Shown here: positions 1-11,700 of the stretch, in pieces | How positions within the stretch are numbered: the stretch's first letter is position 1 | Layout: the number at the start of each line of letters is the position of its first letter | Origin: Naegleria gruberi | Lineage: Eukaryota | Length of the DNA: 64,000 bases | Assembly: GCA_000004985.1 (NCBI GenBank) | Contig: GG738886.1 | Reading direction: 5' to 3' (one strand) | Position numbers and translations under genes: made by a program | Notes under the pieces: model-generated | What the model saw: the letters and a program-made list of their open reading frames with translations, nothing else | What the model was told of the DNA's origin: nothing | Database searches by the model: none

Positions 1-402
1 GAAGAAGATTCGGAAGAGGAAGCAGTCTTTAAAAGTTCGGAAGCTGTTTGAGCAGTGATAGAAAACTCAGTGTCAAGATAGGCCTTGTTTTGCAACTTCT
101 TGATTCCTCGATTGTCCTTCTTTGAGTGGACGGCTTGTCTCTTGGCTCCTTTTCTTGAGTGTTTTGGCATTTTTTATTCTCGTGTTGATGAAACCGTTAC
201 CAAAGTTATTTGAACATCAGATGATGAATTTAATAAAATTGAAAATTGTTACTATTATTTAATATTTGTATCGGAAGACGGACCAAGTTGTGCAAAACAA
301 ACACTACTTGATCATGCTAGAAAAATATTATTCAAAGTGATGATGATAATTTTTTCCTTACTGTATCGGATCCGTAAATAGCTTCATCATCCTTATAAAA
401 AA

Positions 403-936
403 ATGAAATGCTCTGTTAAGGCCCAATTTTTCTTGTTGGCTTTGATCGTTGTTGCAGTTATTGTGATGATGATTGATTCAACTGTTGCTCAAACAACAAC
501 AACAACACCTCAACCAGAAAAAAAGCAACCACTCTCAAAGGATTCATACACAAAGATGGTTCAAACCTTGGATTCCTTAATGAAGAAACTTCATAATCAA
601 AAGATTGTTATTGATAAGGAAGTTAATGATGCTAAAGCTGAATTGGAATTGGCAATGAAGGAAGAAGAAGAAGCTAGAAAGAAGTTTGAAGCTTTGCAAA
701 AGGAACATTTGATTGCAAAGAAAAAGACTGAAGAACAAGGGACAAAAGTTAAGGAATTAATTAATAACATTACCAAGGCTCAAAAGAATACCAAACAATC
801 ATTATCCGATTATAATAGAATTGCTAGAGATGGTCCAAATATGAAGGACAGGTCTTCGTTGAAAAAGGATAAGCAACAATTGAAATCAATCAATGACAAG
901 ATGCAAAACTTGATGGACACTAGAAAGGCCAAATAA
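403..936 (+). CDS. Small secreted K/E-rich coiled-coil protein (hypothetical)
   Basis: 177-aa ORF with a hydrophobic N-terminal signal-like segment (FFLLALIVVAVIVMMIDSTVAQ), a poly-Thr linker, then a charged heptad-like K/E-rich region. No recognisable enzymatic motif. Confidence 0.4.
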   Translation: MKCSVKAQFFLLALIVVAVIVMMIDSTVAQTTTTTPQPEKKQPLSKDSYTKMVQTLDSLMKKLHNQKIVIDKEVNDAKAELELAMKEEEEARKKFEALQKEHLIAKKKTEEQGTKVKELINNITKAQKNTKQSLSDYNRIARDGPNMKDRSSLKKDKQQLKSINDKMQNLMDTRKAK

Positions 937-1351
937 ATTAATTATTGGCTAATTTATTGGAAATCAAACGTTGAATTTGTTGAGAGATTTGTTCAGTGGA
1001 ATCAATTCCCAATATTTGTAAACAATCCTGTCGAAAATTAAGGTTCTTTGAATTGTTGATAATGCTAGCAATGGAATCAGATAGAATTGGTGAGTAAAAG
1101 TTTCTAATCATGAATAGCTTCTTCTCTTGTTTGGAGAGAAAATCATCTGGGAATTTGTTTTTGGCATGTTGAAACAAATTATTGCTCAGAGTTTGAAACA
1201 TTGACGTATTGAGCTTGTATTTTGTTGTGCATTGGGTTTGAATATTAACTGTGAGCAGTAGAGATGAGATGGTAGGGCTGGTAAATGTTACATTAGGAAA
1301 GCAAATTCTGTGTTGGAAATGTTAAATGATTCTAAATAGTTTCAAATTAAC

Positions 1352-2295
1352 TTACAGTGTTGAATGTGTGCTATTCAAGTTAGTGAATTTAATTCCATAC
1401 TTTTCCGTATTGGAAAAGAGAAGATGAAAGAGTTTTCTACTTTCATTACTGTCATTGTAAGAGCTCTCTTTCACAATCACCGTATCTTGGTTATCAACTC
1501 TAATTTCACACAACCTGTCTTTTGCAGATACAGTTTCAAGAAGAGCGAGAGCATCCTTAGAGCTTAATAACTGTCCATTCTTCAAAAAACAAATCCAAAT
1601 TTTGATCTTATTCTTGCTATTCTCCCTATCTAGAATATTTGATTGGCTGCTGTGTTGATTATTTCTCCCAACTGAAATGAATCCATTTAGGTTTGTTTTC
1701 TTAATCTCTGGTTTCACGCAAGAAATATTCGAAAGATCAGACGACCAATCCATATCATACAATTCAAAATCTTGACTATATCCAGAGAGTGCTCCCAATT
1801 CCATTCTACAAGTCTCCAAATCCTTTTCGTTCTCAACCAACAAATGAATTGCCAAACTATTCTCCTCAATAAATAAACTTTCCACCAATTGATCATGAAT
1901 CAACTCTGAATGTGCAGGAAGATCATTCAAAAGGCTTGAATTGTGAGTGATTACAGTCATTCCTCCACTCAATTCTGCATTCAAAGATGACAGCCATAAT
2001 TCCTTCAACAATTCCTCTCTCACGCTGACAGAAATCAATCCGACAATAACATTAGCCTTCTCATCCTTCAACATTTCCTCTCTCTTTCGTTTCTTCTTTG
2101 ATTCAGGGTTCACTTCATTCTGATGAAACCTTTCGAATCGAATTAATGGTTTGAAATGCCTTCCATCCGAATCATCCTTGCAACATTCCCTTCTCATCAA
2201 ATCAACAATCTAAATGTTTACATTTTTCAAACAAGCCTTTGAAATTGCAACTACTTACCCTCAACACCACCTCGTAACCAATCGATTCAGCCATT
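1352..2295 (-). CDS. Hypothetical protein, two exons (intron about 2211..2259)
   Basis: ORF 1352..2200 continues in frame upstream once a 49-nt GTAAGT...TTTAG intron is removed. Exon 1 (2260..2295) reads MAESIGYEVVLR and joins IVDLMRRECC. Function not recognised. Confidence 0.4.
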
Positions 2296-2559
2296 TTTTT
2301 TGTATTAGTAATTAGAAACAGAACGCGAATGAATGGATTAGCCTTCATCAAGCCTTGTGAAAAACAACCTCAATAAAACACGTGTGAAATTAGAAAGTAT
2401 GTGGATGAAGCAGTTTGGCTGGGAATGTTTAAGTTGATTGTTAGAATTACCAATAATTCAAGTTTCTGAGTGAAACTAAAGTTACCTAAACTAGCATATC
2501 AACATCTCTAAAATAGACAGTTTCAATTCCATGTCATTAATCCACACAACACTAAAAAA

Positions 2560-3006
2560 ATGTCACTCAATTCACTCTACACAATTTATGGAGCAAAAAG
2601 TTTACTTGCTGGATCGGTGTCTTGGCAGTTTCCTCTCCTCATCAATTCCATGTTTTTAAAGTGTTCTACCGGGAGTGGTATCAACCTCCTAGTGAGAAGT
2701 GTCGGAATTAGACAAATGGCTCTTGGTGGCTCGTTGATATTAGTGACGACGACGAACCATGCTGCTGCTGCTGGTTCATCTTCCCAAGATGATGAAAGAG
2801 ATTATGATAGTATGAAGAAATTATTGGTGAAATTGAATGTGTTTGTGGATATTGTGGAATTAATGAATCTTTTGATTGAATATAGAAAAAAAGAGTTGGA
2901 TTGGACAACTATTTCAGTATTAGGAGTAAATCATCTTGTTAGTGCATTATTTGGAGGGTTGTTATTGTTTGTGGATTCGAATAATAATAAAAATCAAAAG
3001 AAATAA
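2560..3006 (+). CDS. Hypothetical small protein (weak)
   Basis: 148-aa ORF in the spacer between two minus-strand genes. No motif. Could be non-coding. Confidence 0.15.
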   Translation: MSLNSLYTIYGAKSLLAGSVSWQFPLLINSMFLKCSTGSGINLLVRSVGIRQMALGGSLILVTTTNHAAAAGSSSQDDERDYDSMKKLLVKLNVFVDIVELMNLLIEYRKKELDWTTISVLGVNHLVSALFGGLLLFVDSNNNKNQKK

Positions 3007-3034
3007 ATTAAATAGTATTATTAACAATTGGGGT

Positions 3035-4405
3035 TTAAGTGTACATGTAGAATTCTTCCTTCTCTTGATCATTTTCAAATACAGGAACAAAATCAATAGT
3101 TTTAACTTCAGAGAAACCTTCATCCTCACTTGGTTCTTCCAATTTCTTATTATAAGTATTGTAACCAACTCCTGGAACGTGTGGATGACCTCCCTTTGAT
3201 CTATTTTCACGAAGAACATTGAGATGTTCTGCCAATTCTCTTTCAACATTGAAAGAGAAACATCTAATTGGAATTTCAAATTCTTCAGCAATATCAATAT
3301 AATTCTTTCTAGAATCGGCATCTGGATTAGTATTATCTACAACAACTGATTTACCCTTTTGAATTGCTTCTTTACATGCCTTAACACATTTTGGAATAGT
3401 ATTGAGAGTATCTCTATTTACATGAACATAACCTGCAGGAATGAAAAATCTTTTAGCAAAAGTTGTTTTTCCTGAAGCTGGCCAACCTTGGAAAACTACA
3501 ATTTCTTGTTTTGATGAAATTAAATCTTCCTTCTTATATGCACTCTTGGTTGATTTAAATTTCTTAATATCATAACCATCAAGACTCCAAGTTGGATATT
3601 CTTTTTCTCCCAAGAAATAAGGTTCTGGTGTGAAAAATTTAATTCCAAGATTGAGTGCAAACTTTCTATCACCACAACTATGATCTTTCTTAATTTTCTT
3701 ATTATTAGAATCCTTTCTTTCAGGTCTACCAGCAGCATCTCCAACATATAGACTTGTTGATTTATCCAATGAAATATTCTTTTGATGTTTTGGAATAATA
3801 GTATCTGCCAAATAATTCCACATACCAGTGCATGGTTTTCTCATATGATTATCTGATAATGCAGCAACAACAAGTATTGGAATTTCACTACCAATAGCTT
3901 CATTAATAAAACCTTCAATTCTTTTTTCCAAATCTTTCTTTGTCAATTTACCCTTCTTTACACCATTTTGATTAGTGAAAATAACTAAAAGTTTCTTATT
4001 CTTTTCATGTTCTTCTTTCAATTTTGTTGAAACACTCTTATGGAATAATTTCCAATCGGATGGACCTGTTGCAAAGGCTTTACCACTCTTTGTTACAACC
4101 AATGTAGAATCAAAGTCATAACCAGCAACTCCTAAAAGTTGAGCATTATCAAATTTTGTTGAAGCAAAGTTCTTATGAACAAAATAATAAACTTCATTAT
4201 CATCATCCGAGTACCATGATCCTAGTGATCCTTTTGATTGTTTAGCTACTGGTTCATCATCACTCGATTCATCTAAACTAGCGTCTGATTCGTAATCAGA
4301 ATCATTTTCTTCATCACGTTTTCTCTTGGTGTCGGCTTTCTTTCCTCTTGGCATTTTATATTGTTTTTTTGTGTTGATTTGGTGAATAGTAATTGCTTCT
4401 TGCAA
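3035..4405 (-). CDS. PNKP: Bifunctional polynucleotide 3'-phosphatase / 5'-kinase (PNKP-like)
   Basis: HAD phosphatase motif (GYDFDSTLV, DxDxT type) is followed by a P-loop kinase Walker A (GWPASGKTTFAKRF). N-terminus is basic/acidic with no obvious FHA domain. Domain order phosphatase then kinase matches PNKP. Confidence 0.8.
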   Translation of the reverse strand: MQEAITIHQINTKKQYKMPRGKKADTKRKRDEENDSDYESDASLDESSDDEPVAKQSKGSLGSWYSDDDNEVYYFVHKNFASTKFDNAQLLGVAGYDFDSTLVVTKSGKAFATGPSDWKLFHKSVSTKLKEEHEKNKKLLVIFTNQNGVKKGKLTKKDLEKRIEGFINEAIGSEIPILVVAALSDNHMRKPCTGMWNYLADTIIPKHQKNISLDKSTSLYVGDAAGRPERKDSNNKKIKKDHSCGDRKFALNLGIKFFTPEPYFLGEKEYPTWSLDGYDIKKFKSTKSAYKKEDLISSKQEIVVFQGWPASGKTTFAKRFFIPAGYVHVNRDTLNTIPKCVKACKEAIQKGKSVVVDNTNPDADSRKNYIDIAEEFEIPIRCFSFNVERELAEHLNVLRENRSKGGHPHVPGVGYNTYNKKLEEPSEDEGFSEVKTIDFVPVFENDQEKEEFYMYT

Positions 4406-4562
4406 GAGATTTAAACGTCATAATTTTGGCGGGACAGGTTAAAAATTCCAAATAAAAGAAGAAACAAAAAATGCTGTAATTAAATGGATTTTTTTTGGTA
4501 AGATGATGGTTTACAATCTGGTTTAACTGAGGTTTTAAGATTGTAAAATACAATTTGTGAAT

Positions 4563-7500
4563 CTACTTTCTCTTTTTTCTGCTCTTTTGTTCTTCATCTA
4601 CTTGTCTCTTGGAGGCCAATGTCTTTTTATCGGCATATTGAATGAGAATTTCACTAATTTCTGGTGATGAAATTTCTAGACAATTCTTTCCATTTAAATT
4701 TTTCAAACTCATATCTGTATTTGGAGCAAGTGATTTGATTAAATTCTTTGATTCACTTCTGATGGCAGAAAATATTGGAGTTTCATGATTGGCGTCTAAC
4801 AAATTCAATACTTGTTTTTTGGAGGCAGCAGAAAGTTTGGAGAGTAAGGAAATAATGACTGAATATTTGAAGGATTGTAGCTCTCTCTGACCAACATTGA
4901 AATAAATTGGTAAAGAGCAATCACACATTAAGTGCATAATTGTCTTTTCTGATTCCTTCTCCTTTCTCGAAAGGAATTGAAGAATCTCTTTTTCTGTTTT
5001 CAACTTTTCTTGAACTTTTTTAAGAGGATAACCTTTCAATAAACACACTTCCAACATGCTTAAATGATAGGTAATTGGTTCATGAATAGTGTTGTACATT
5101 TTTCCAACAAACTTAATAGTAGAAGGTTTGATTCTGATAATATGACTATTAAAAAATTCTTGTAATTCACTATTTTCTTTTCTTTTCGCAATTTGTACAA
5201 TACATTTTTGTTCCAAAATATCAGAATCAATAAAATCTTCAATGTATGGTTCTAAATCTGAAAAATTACTAAAGTCAGTGAAATTGAATATATAACCTGA
5301 AATTAATTTTTTATCCTCTTGTCCTAAATTTCGTTCACTAAGCTTTTGCTTCAAGCTCTCCTCTAAAATGTGATATTGCAAGTTTGCAGTAGCAATTTCA
5401 ATGATAGTAGACTTGCAATCTTCCAATGACGCACCTAAATAATTAATAATGTTTTTAGCTACATCGTAATGCCCGTATTTGATAGCCAACATCCAAGAAT
5501 TCAATTCAGTAATACTACTCTTCTCTTCCAAATACTCATTCTTATAACCTAAGAAACCGAATCCATTTTTTGCTGCAAGAGAAACATTATTGAGTCGGCC
5601 TTCTGTTTCATCAAAAAAATACACATCTCTCCATATAGCCCTATTCAAAATATAGCTCTTTCTTCCAATCAAGCCAAGATCAATAATAGTACTACTTTCA
5701 ATGCCAAGCATTAAATATGCATGTATAGGAGTAGTAGTAACTTCACCAATCTCATCAGAACTCATTGTAATCTCAATTTCAAGGCAATTTTTTAAAACTT
5801 CTAAATTCTGTTTAAAAATAAGGAAATAATCTATTGATTGCTCAAAAGCAGCCATCAAGAGTAATTTAGCTCCATTAATAAAGGATTCTCCCTTCTTGAA
5901 TTCAAAAAACTTTGATTTAACATCTAAATTGGAGAGAGCATATTCCAAGTCACAACCCTCTTTAACAAGCATATAGCTTAAATTTTCTGAGTTTTCTAAA
6001 GACTTGCAGAGCAGAGTTTTACCTTTTGCATCTCTGACTTCCAAATCCTTCTTTAGTTTCTGAAGCAATGAGGTGGATTCCAATACTTTTTTGTCAACTG
6101 CAAACAATGCTGGCATACCATCATTATTCTTGTGGGTAACATCAATTCCCAAAGTGGTAATACAATATTCTATAATATCCATTGAACTTTTAGAGAGCAC
6201 ATGAAGAAGATTACCACCATCACTGGTTCTATAATGTTTCAATTCTTGGTTATTGTTTTGGTAAATCTTATTGAAAAACTTTAAAAATTCCAGAGCATTA
6301 TAGGAACCATATGACTTTAATCTGCTTGCCCATTGTTCTATAGTGTCCAACCCATGTGAATTTTTCTTTTCCAAAGTTTCCAGCTTAATGGTTTCAAACA
6401 ACGGCAAAAGGTGTGTACTAGTAGTTGGGAAACTATTCAATAGGGATCCTTCTGGACTGGTATAGTTAATGTCAACTCCTACAATCTCTACTAAAAACTT
6501 TGCAGTATCTAGTGGAAGAGAATTGTAGCTATATCTGTATGATTTACATAAAACATAAAAAAGATTTAGATCAGCCTTGGTGCCCTCTATTATACCATTA
6601 CTATTTCCCAAATTAATAAGAGTGGGCTCTCTTTCTAATGCTTTTTTAAACAAGGATATTCTTTCATTTGAAATAAGACTTGCCAATGGATTTGTTGCAT
6701 TTTCTATTATTAGCGGAATGTACTTATTCTCTATAACTTGGTTCAGTAGATGATCATTACCATGTATAAATATTCTATTGAACATAATATTATCCATTTT
6801 GTATCTCAAATGAGGTTCTAGATCATTGTTATCAACAAACTTTTTGTAAAACTCATTAAATGTTAAATCATTACTATATAATTCACTTTCGAAATTAGAC
6901 AATTTTACAGGAATTTCCTGAGCTTTTGCATATTCAATAATTATATCAAACAACTCATCATTTTTCAAAGAGTCCACAATCTTGAATGGGTGCAGTAGAT
7001 TCCAGTTAATATTTTCCTCATAAACCAGCATGTCCCAATACTCTAATACATTATCGTATTCATTGATGGGTTTCTCAGACTTTACATTGGAGAACCTTGA
7101 CAATATATTTGAAGCTACATTATGATACTTTAAATTAATAGATTCTAGAGAACTCATAGGTATTTCGTTCTTCTTGGGTTTTCCATTAATATAATTAATT
7201 AGGTTGTTATTATGATTGTAATAGTAATAACCATCATTTTCAGTTGATCCATAAATATTAATAGTCTTTAGATAGGAGGGATGTTTACTCTTTTTGTGAC
7301 ACTCCATTAATAGATTCAATAGGTCCATAAATCCTGTTGCTACTGCAACGCATTCCAAATCAAAAAATTCAAAGGTTTCAATCTTGTTAGGTTGTTGAAA
7401 GAATATTTCCCATCCACTTTGACAAACTCTCAACTTGGTAAAATTTGGAAAATAACCGGCCATCTGTTTCAACTTGGTACTTTTAAACTTTTCAATTTGA

Positions 7501-7808
7501 TACTTTTCTCTGGTCAACAAATCAAGAACCTTCACCTTTGGAAAGAATACCTTCTCCAAATTATTCTTCCAAAATCTATTTACAGCTCTCATATTCAATT
7601 GATCAGGATAAACCGGAACAAAATCCAAAATATATTGCATTAAATCTTCATTCACTTCCTGTCCCCACAAATTAACATAAAAATCCTGATCCACCATATC
7701 ATCAGCAACAATATTGTTTTGTGATTTTTTGGTGGAACGAGATTTCCTCTTGGGAGTTGTGCCAGCCTTGTTTATTGTTTCCTTCTTGCTGGCGCGTTTT
7801 GGAGGCAT
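4563..7808 (-). CDS. Large F-box-like / ankyrin-like repeat protein (hypothetical)
   Basis: 1081-aa single ORF. N-terminal basic region is followed by an F-box-like segment (LMQYILDFVPVYPDQLNMRAVNRFWKNN). Central and C-terminal stretches resemble ankyrin repeats (NNDGMPALFAVDKK...). No catalytic motifs. Confidence 0.4.
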   Translation of the reverse strand: MPPKRASKKETINKAGTTPKRKSRSTKKSQNNIVADDMVDQDFYVNLWGQEVNEDLMQYILDFVPVYPDQLNMRAVNRFWKNNLEKVFFPKVKVLDLLTREKYQIEKFKSTKLKQMAGYFPNFTKLRVCQSGWEIFFQQPNKIETFEFFDLECVAVATGFMDLLNLLMECHKKSKHPSYLKTINIYGSTENDGYYYYNHNNNLINYINGKPKKNEIPMSSLESINLKYHNVASNILSRFSNVKSEKPINEYDNVLEYWDMLVYEENINWNLLHPFKIVDSLKNDELFDIIIEYAKAQEIPVKLSNFESELYSNDLTFNEFYKKFVDNNDLEPHLRYKMDNIMFNRIFIHGNDHLLNQVIENKYIPLIIENATNPLASLISNERISLFKKALEREPTLINLGNSNGIIEGTKADLNLFYVLCKSYRYSYNSLPLDTAKFLVEIVGVDINYTSPEGSLLNSFPTTSTHLLPLFETIKLETLEKKNSHGLDTIEQWASRLKSYGSYNALEFLKFFNKIYQNNNQELKHYRTSDGGNLLHVLSKSSMDIIEYCITTLGIDVTHKNNDGMPALFAVDKKVLESTSLLQKLKKDLEVRDAKGKTLLCKSLENSENLSYMLVKEGCDLEYALSNLDVKSKFFEFKKGESFINGAKLLLMAAFEQSIDYFLIFKQNLEVLKNCLEIEITMSSDEIGEVTTTPIHAYLMLGIESSTIIDLGLIGRKSYILNRAIWRDVYFFDETEGRLNNVSLAAKNGFGFLGYKNEYLEEKSSITELNSWMLAIKYGHYDVAKNIINYLGASLEDCKSTIIEIATANLQYHILEESLKQKLSERNLGQEDKKLISGYIFNFTDFSNFSDLEPYIEDFIDSDILEQKCIVQIAKRKENSELQEFFNSHIIRIKPSTIKFVGKMYNTIHEPITYHLSMLEVCLLKGYPLKKVQEKLKTEKEILQFLSRKEKESEKTIMHLMCDCSLPIYFNVGQRELQSFKYSVIISLLSKLSAASKKQVLNLLDANHETPIFSAIRSESKNLIKSLAPNTDMSLKNLNGKNCLEISSPEISEILIQYADKKTLASKRQVDEEQKSRKKRK

Positions 7809-7934
7809 TTTTTTTGGTGTTTTATTGGAAATTGTAACACAACATGTCGTTTACAATTTCATTTCCTGTAATAAGAATATTATGAACTTTTCAGAGAACC
7901 AAAGATTCGAATAATTGTTGAATGAGATTCTGTA

Positions 7935-9536
7935 TTGGATTCAGGAGTTTATCTTCGTTGTAAAGTTTCAAATCGTCAAAAAAAAATGATCTCACATGCA
8001 ACACCTGCTACTACGCCCCCTCAAAATTCCAAACCAAAAAACAGGAAAAAAATCGAGAAGGATTTTTCATTCCTGATCGAAAATTTCGGATATGAATTTT
8101 TTGTGAGTTATTTTCTGGCAGAGTTTTTCTCTCCGAAGGAATTGATTATGAAATTTACAATTTTGAATAGAAAGATGAGGAAATTAATTATGCAAAATTC
8201 AAAATTATGGAAAAAACAATTTGAATTCATGTATCCGAATTTGATTGGAATGGTGGAAAGTTGGATGGAGATGAAATGGTGGAATGATGAGAGGGAGGAA
8301 AGGTTGACTAGTATTTTAAATGAAGATTCGTTTAGATTTTATCAAATATATTCCAATGGTTCAAGAAAGGCCATTGAAAAGGATGTTAATATTGTCAAGA
8401 CGAGTTGTAAAAGTCAATTGGTTCATTATGTGAGTGCAATTATTTTAGATCACATGTTTTATGAAACCAATTTCAATTCAGAGTATACGTGGAATCAAAA
8501 CTCGATTGAAAATTTCAAATATCATCGAGTGAATTATTCAATTTACTTGAAATTTTTCAAATTCTTTTACTTACTAATTGAAACAAAGCAATTGAAAACT
8601 GGATTAGATGTATGTGTCAGTTATCTCATTAATTGTTTGGATACAAAAAATAGGAGTATCCAAAAACTATTCAAGAATATGATCACTGATTTGTACTTTA
8701 AAAGTAGCTTTCCATGTTCTGCTTTCTATTTGTTTGCCAGAGGATATTCCACTGCGAAAGCAAGTTTGATAAATGAGGAAAAGGGAATTTTTGAACTTCC
8801 CTTACTGGATTTTAGTGTAGAGACTGGACATAGTGATCCTTCTTTCAGAGTTTATCCTTGGATTCCACTAGATCAAATAGATGCAAATGTGAATGATTTG
8901 CAATGTAGAGTTGTTGTATTGAATGAAGAATATACATATGTCTATCCAAGAGATACTGCAGAGATGTTAAAATTATTCGAAAGATTTTGTGCCAATATTG
9001 AGGAAACATCTTACTCAATCATGATTAATAATATGCTGGAGAGATATATTGGACTAGACAATTACTTAGACACTCTCCAACGTCATACTGTCTGCCATCA
9101 TGAACATTTCAGGAGAGTAAAATGTGTAAATCCCACCAAAAGTGCAAGAATTTACTTTCAATCGCAAGTTGACAAGTATTCGAAACAAATTTTTGAAAAA
9201 TTTAAAGGTGTTAATGAAGAACTAGCTTGTGTATATTTATCCAAATTTCCATTCAGTAATGAGGTTGAATACTTGCTTAATACACATATTGGTGAACTAC
9301 TCGAGAATATTCCAGAAGATTTTTCTACCTTCTTTCCAAGTTTTACTGCTCAACGAACCAAATTGAAAGAATCCTATAGAGGAACATTTGGAGTGGATGG
9401 ATTCTTAATTAGAGCAATTGATAAGTGTTTGAGGAGATACTTGCATTTATTTGTGCTTTCTGAACCAACCCTAACTCTTGCAACAAAATCAGGCTCATTT
9501 TCTTCCAGTAAGTTATTGAATTGTTTTGAGAATTAA
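7935..9536 (+). CDS. F-box-like hypothetical protein
   Basis: 533-aa ORF. Likely true ATG is near 7986 (MISHATPATT). F-box-like segment FLIENFGYEFFVSYFLAEFFSPKELIMKFTILNRKMRKLIMQNSKLWKK. The rest is unrecognised. Confidence 0.35.
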   Translation: MDSGVYLRCKVSNRQKKMISHATPATTPPQNSKPKNRKKIEKDFSFLIENFGYEFFVSYFLAEFFSPKELIMKFTILNRKMRKLIMQNSKLWKKQFEFMYPNLIGMVESWMEMKWWNDEREERLTSILNEDSFRFYQIYSNGSRKAIEKDVNIVKTSCKSQLVHYVSAIILDHMFYETNFNSEYTWNQNSIENFKYHRVNYSIYLKFFKFFYLLIETKQLKTGLDVCVSYLINCLDTKNRSIQKLFKNMITDLYFKSSFPCSAFYLFARGYSTAKASLINEEKGIFELPLLDFSVETGHSDPSFRVYPWIPLDQIDANVNDLQCRVVVLNEEYTYVYPRDTAEMLKLFERFCANIEETSYSIMINNMLERYIGLDNYLDTLQRHTVCHHEHFRRVKCVNPTKSARIYFQSQVDKYSKQIFEKFKGVNEELACVYLSKFPFSNEVEYLLNTHIGELLENIPEDFSTFFPSFTAQRTKLKESYRGTFGVDGFLIRAIDKCLRRYLHLFVLSEPTLTLATKSGSFSSSKLLNCFEN

Positions 9537-9863
9537 TTTTCACATCTAAAGTTCAAAAAATGGTCTATAATCAACTGAAGAATATCATCTATCCCATCTT
9601 TCTCATGCTCCTTCCACATGTTTCAAATTTAATCTCATTCAGAATTGAACAATTCCAGGGAAAACTGTCTAATGAAGAATTGAATCAAAAACAAGAAGTA
9701 ATTCTCAAATCGATGAATCATTGCTTTGGACAGCTAAACTTTTTAAACAAGCCTCTCATTGATTTCTCTTCCGAGTTGAGATGATAATCTTCATAACTAT
9801 TAAGGAAGAAATCATTGCAAAAGAGGAAGAATAAAAATTACTGTAATTATTTGAAGCTTTATT

Positions 9864-11213
9864 TTACAGGTCATTCGATGAAAATAATGAATCAAAAGCA
9901 CAGTCACCTTGTTCTAAAAGGAATGATTGTTTGTCGCTTGTATCTTGTTGTTGATTATTATATTCTGTTGCTGGTTTTTCAAGAGTGAGTGGACTTGTTG
10001 GTCTCACATCAATATGATTCCACCTCGACAAGTATTGAGAGTTTTGGGCAGAGTCGTTCAATAATTCATAAAATTCTTGTTCAGTGCTCATTGAATCTTG
10101 TGGTATAATGTCATTTGTTGATAACATTGGATCATTAGGGAAGAATGGAGTGGTAAACATTTGATTATTGTGAGCCATCTGCTGTGTAATTGCCTGGCTC
10201 ATAAGGTTTTGGAATTCAGTTTGGAATTGAGCAATGATTTGCTGTTGCATTTGCTTAAAAAGTTCACTACCATTTTGTTGTAATAATTGTTGTAAAAGAT
10301 GAGCAACAACAGAGGAATCTTGCTTCTTGAGCTCTGCAGAAAGGGTATTCATAGTATCTACAAGGGAGTTGAGTAATTGACTTGCCATAATATTATCAGC
10401 AGGTTTCAATTCTGGAGGAATATAAGTATTGTTGCATTGATTTGGTTGGGCAGTATTTGTTTGATTTGTAATTGTAGTGTTGTTGTTATCTTGTTTCTGT
10501 TTCTTTGATGATGATTTGTTTTCTTTTCTCTTTCTCTTGTTTGTCTTTTCATCTGATGATCCATCAGTTGAATTGATTGAAGAGTCATCTTCACTATGAG
10601 TTGCATCTTCCTCATCTTCGTGAAGTATGAAATGCTCTGTTGGACTCTTGAAGGAGACAACTTGTGGAGTACTGGTTTTTTGACCACCCTTGTTATTAAG
10701 ATCAATCACAAAGTAATTATCTGTGAAATGATCACAACTTTTGAGTTGTTTTCTCAACTTGCATAACCTCTTATTGACTGTACGAGGTGCTCCATTAAAA
10801 TTAGAGGCTGGTTTTGATGAATTTGCATTGGCTGTACATTCTTGTTGTTTCTGATGATCGGATTCATTACCAGCTTCACTTTCATCAACAAAGGTAATTT
10901 TGGATTTTGGACTCCTCTTTTTCTTGTTGGTTGCTGTTGTGGTTGTTGTAGATGTTGTCGTTGTATTCACACACTCCTTGTCTAATTTGAAAGAAGTTGT
11001 TGAAGAACCATTGGAATTGTATTTCACCTTTGTTCTAGGCTTTTTTGTTTTTGTTGTCTTGCTGTTGGTTGGTGATGAAGACTTGTCAACTTCAGTTGGT
11101 TGTTGAATATGTTGTTCTTCTTGTTGTTGCAAGGAGAGGTTAGTGGAGGAGGTGATGGCTGTCATGATTGAGTGTAATATATCAAGTGATGAAGTTAAAC
11201 TATTGATGATCAA
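9864..11213 (-). CDS. Low-complexity Q-, T- and S-rich protein (hypothetical nuclear protein)
   Basis: 449-aa ORF with poly-Q and poly-T runs and basic K/R clusters. It is long and uninterrupted in an AT-rich background, so probably real. No domain recognised. Confidence 0.35.
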   Translation of the reverse strand: MIINSLTSSLDILHSIMTAITSSTNLSLQQQEEQHIQQPTEVDKSSSPTNSKTTKTKKPRTKVKYNSNGSSTTSFKLDKECVNTTTTSTTTTTATNKKKRSPKSKITFVDESEAGNESDHQKQQECTANANSSKPASNFNGAPRTVNKRLCKLRKQLKSCDHFTDNYFVIDLNNKGGQKTSTPQVVSFKSPTEHFILHEDEEDATHSEDDSSINSTDGSSDEKTNKRKRKENKSSSKKQKQDNNNTTITNQTNTAQPNQCNNTYIPPELKPADNIMASQLLNSLVDTMNTLSAELKKQDSSVVAHLLQQLLQQNGSELFKQMQQQIIAQFQTEFQNLMSQAITQQMAHNNQMFTTPFFPNDPMLSTNDIIPQDSMSTEQEFYELLNDSAQNSQYLSRWNHIDVRPTSPLTLEKPATEYNNQQQDTSDKQSFLLEQGDCAFDSLFSSNDL

Positions 11214-11647
11214 TAATATGAACTGTTGGAAGTTACTTTAGTGGTGAGTGTGGTGGTATGGATAGGTATGATTCTTTTTATCTCGTGTTAGGATCAAAAG
11301 ACAATGCAATCAGAAATAACGTATATTGGTTGCTGTACGGGATAATAATGTATAGTGGATAATGATAGACAATAATAATAATGGCTTGTTAGTACTATAA
11401 AATGTTAGGATCGCAGTTGTTTTGGTTTACTTTGGTAAGGTTGCAGAGTACTTTCTTCTCTGCGTCGGTAAGATCCTATTATGTTGTTTTTTTTGTCTGT
11501 GTGTTTTGAGTCGCTATGAGTGATATTGTTTTATGGCGAATGATGTTATGTGTTTTGGAATCTTCGTTTGAGTTGATGGCGGTGATCAACAATATTCTCT
11601 CTCTATTGTACTGACCACCAGTGATGTGTCTCGTATGAATTCGCTCA

Positions 11648-11700
11648 ATAGAGCAGGTGCAAACTCGCGTGTAACTCGTATTTTTTATTATTTTCATTCG
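11648..11700. repeat. Candidate left terminal/subterminal inverted repeat of the Harbinger-like element
   Basis: AATAGAGCAGGTGCAAACTCGCGTGTAACTCGTATTTTTTATTA... matches the reverse complement of 13749..13800 with a few mismatches or indels. Confidence 0.45.

Noticed and set aside
5060-5242. Short ORFs nested inside or antisense to long genes (for example 5060..5242, 1364..1567, 1714..1896, 10406..10705, 12274..12555, 29522..29710, 47189..47461)
   Set aside because: They are embedded in or opposite well-supported long coding regions and carry no motifs. These are expected by chance in AT-rich sequence under permissive start-codon rules.
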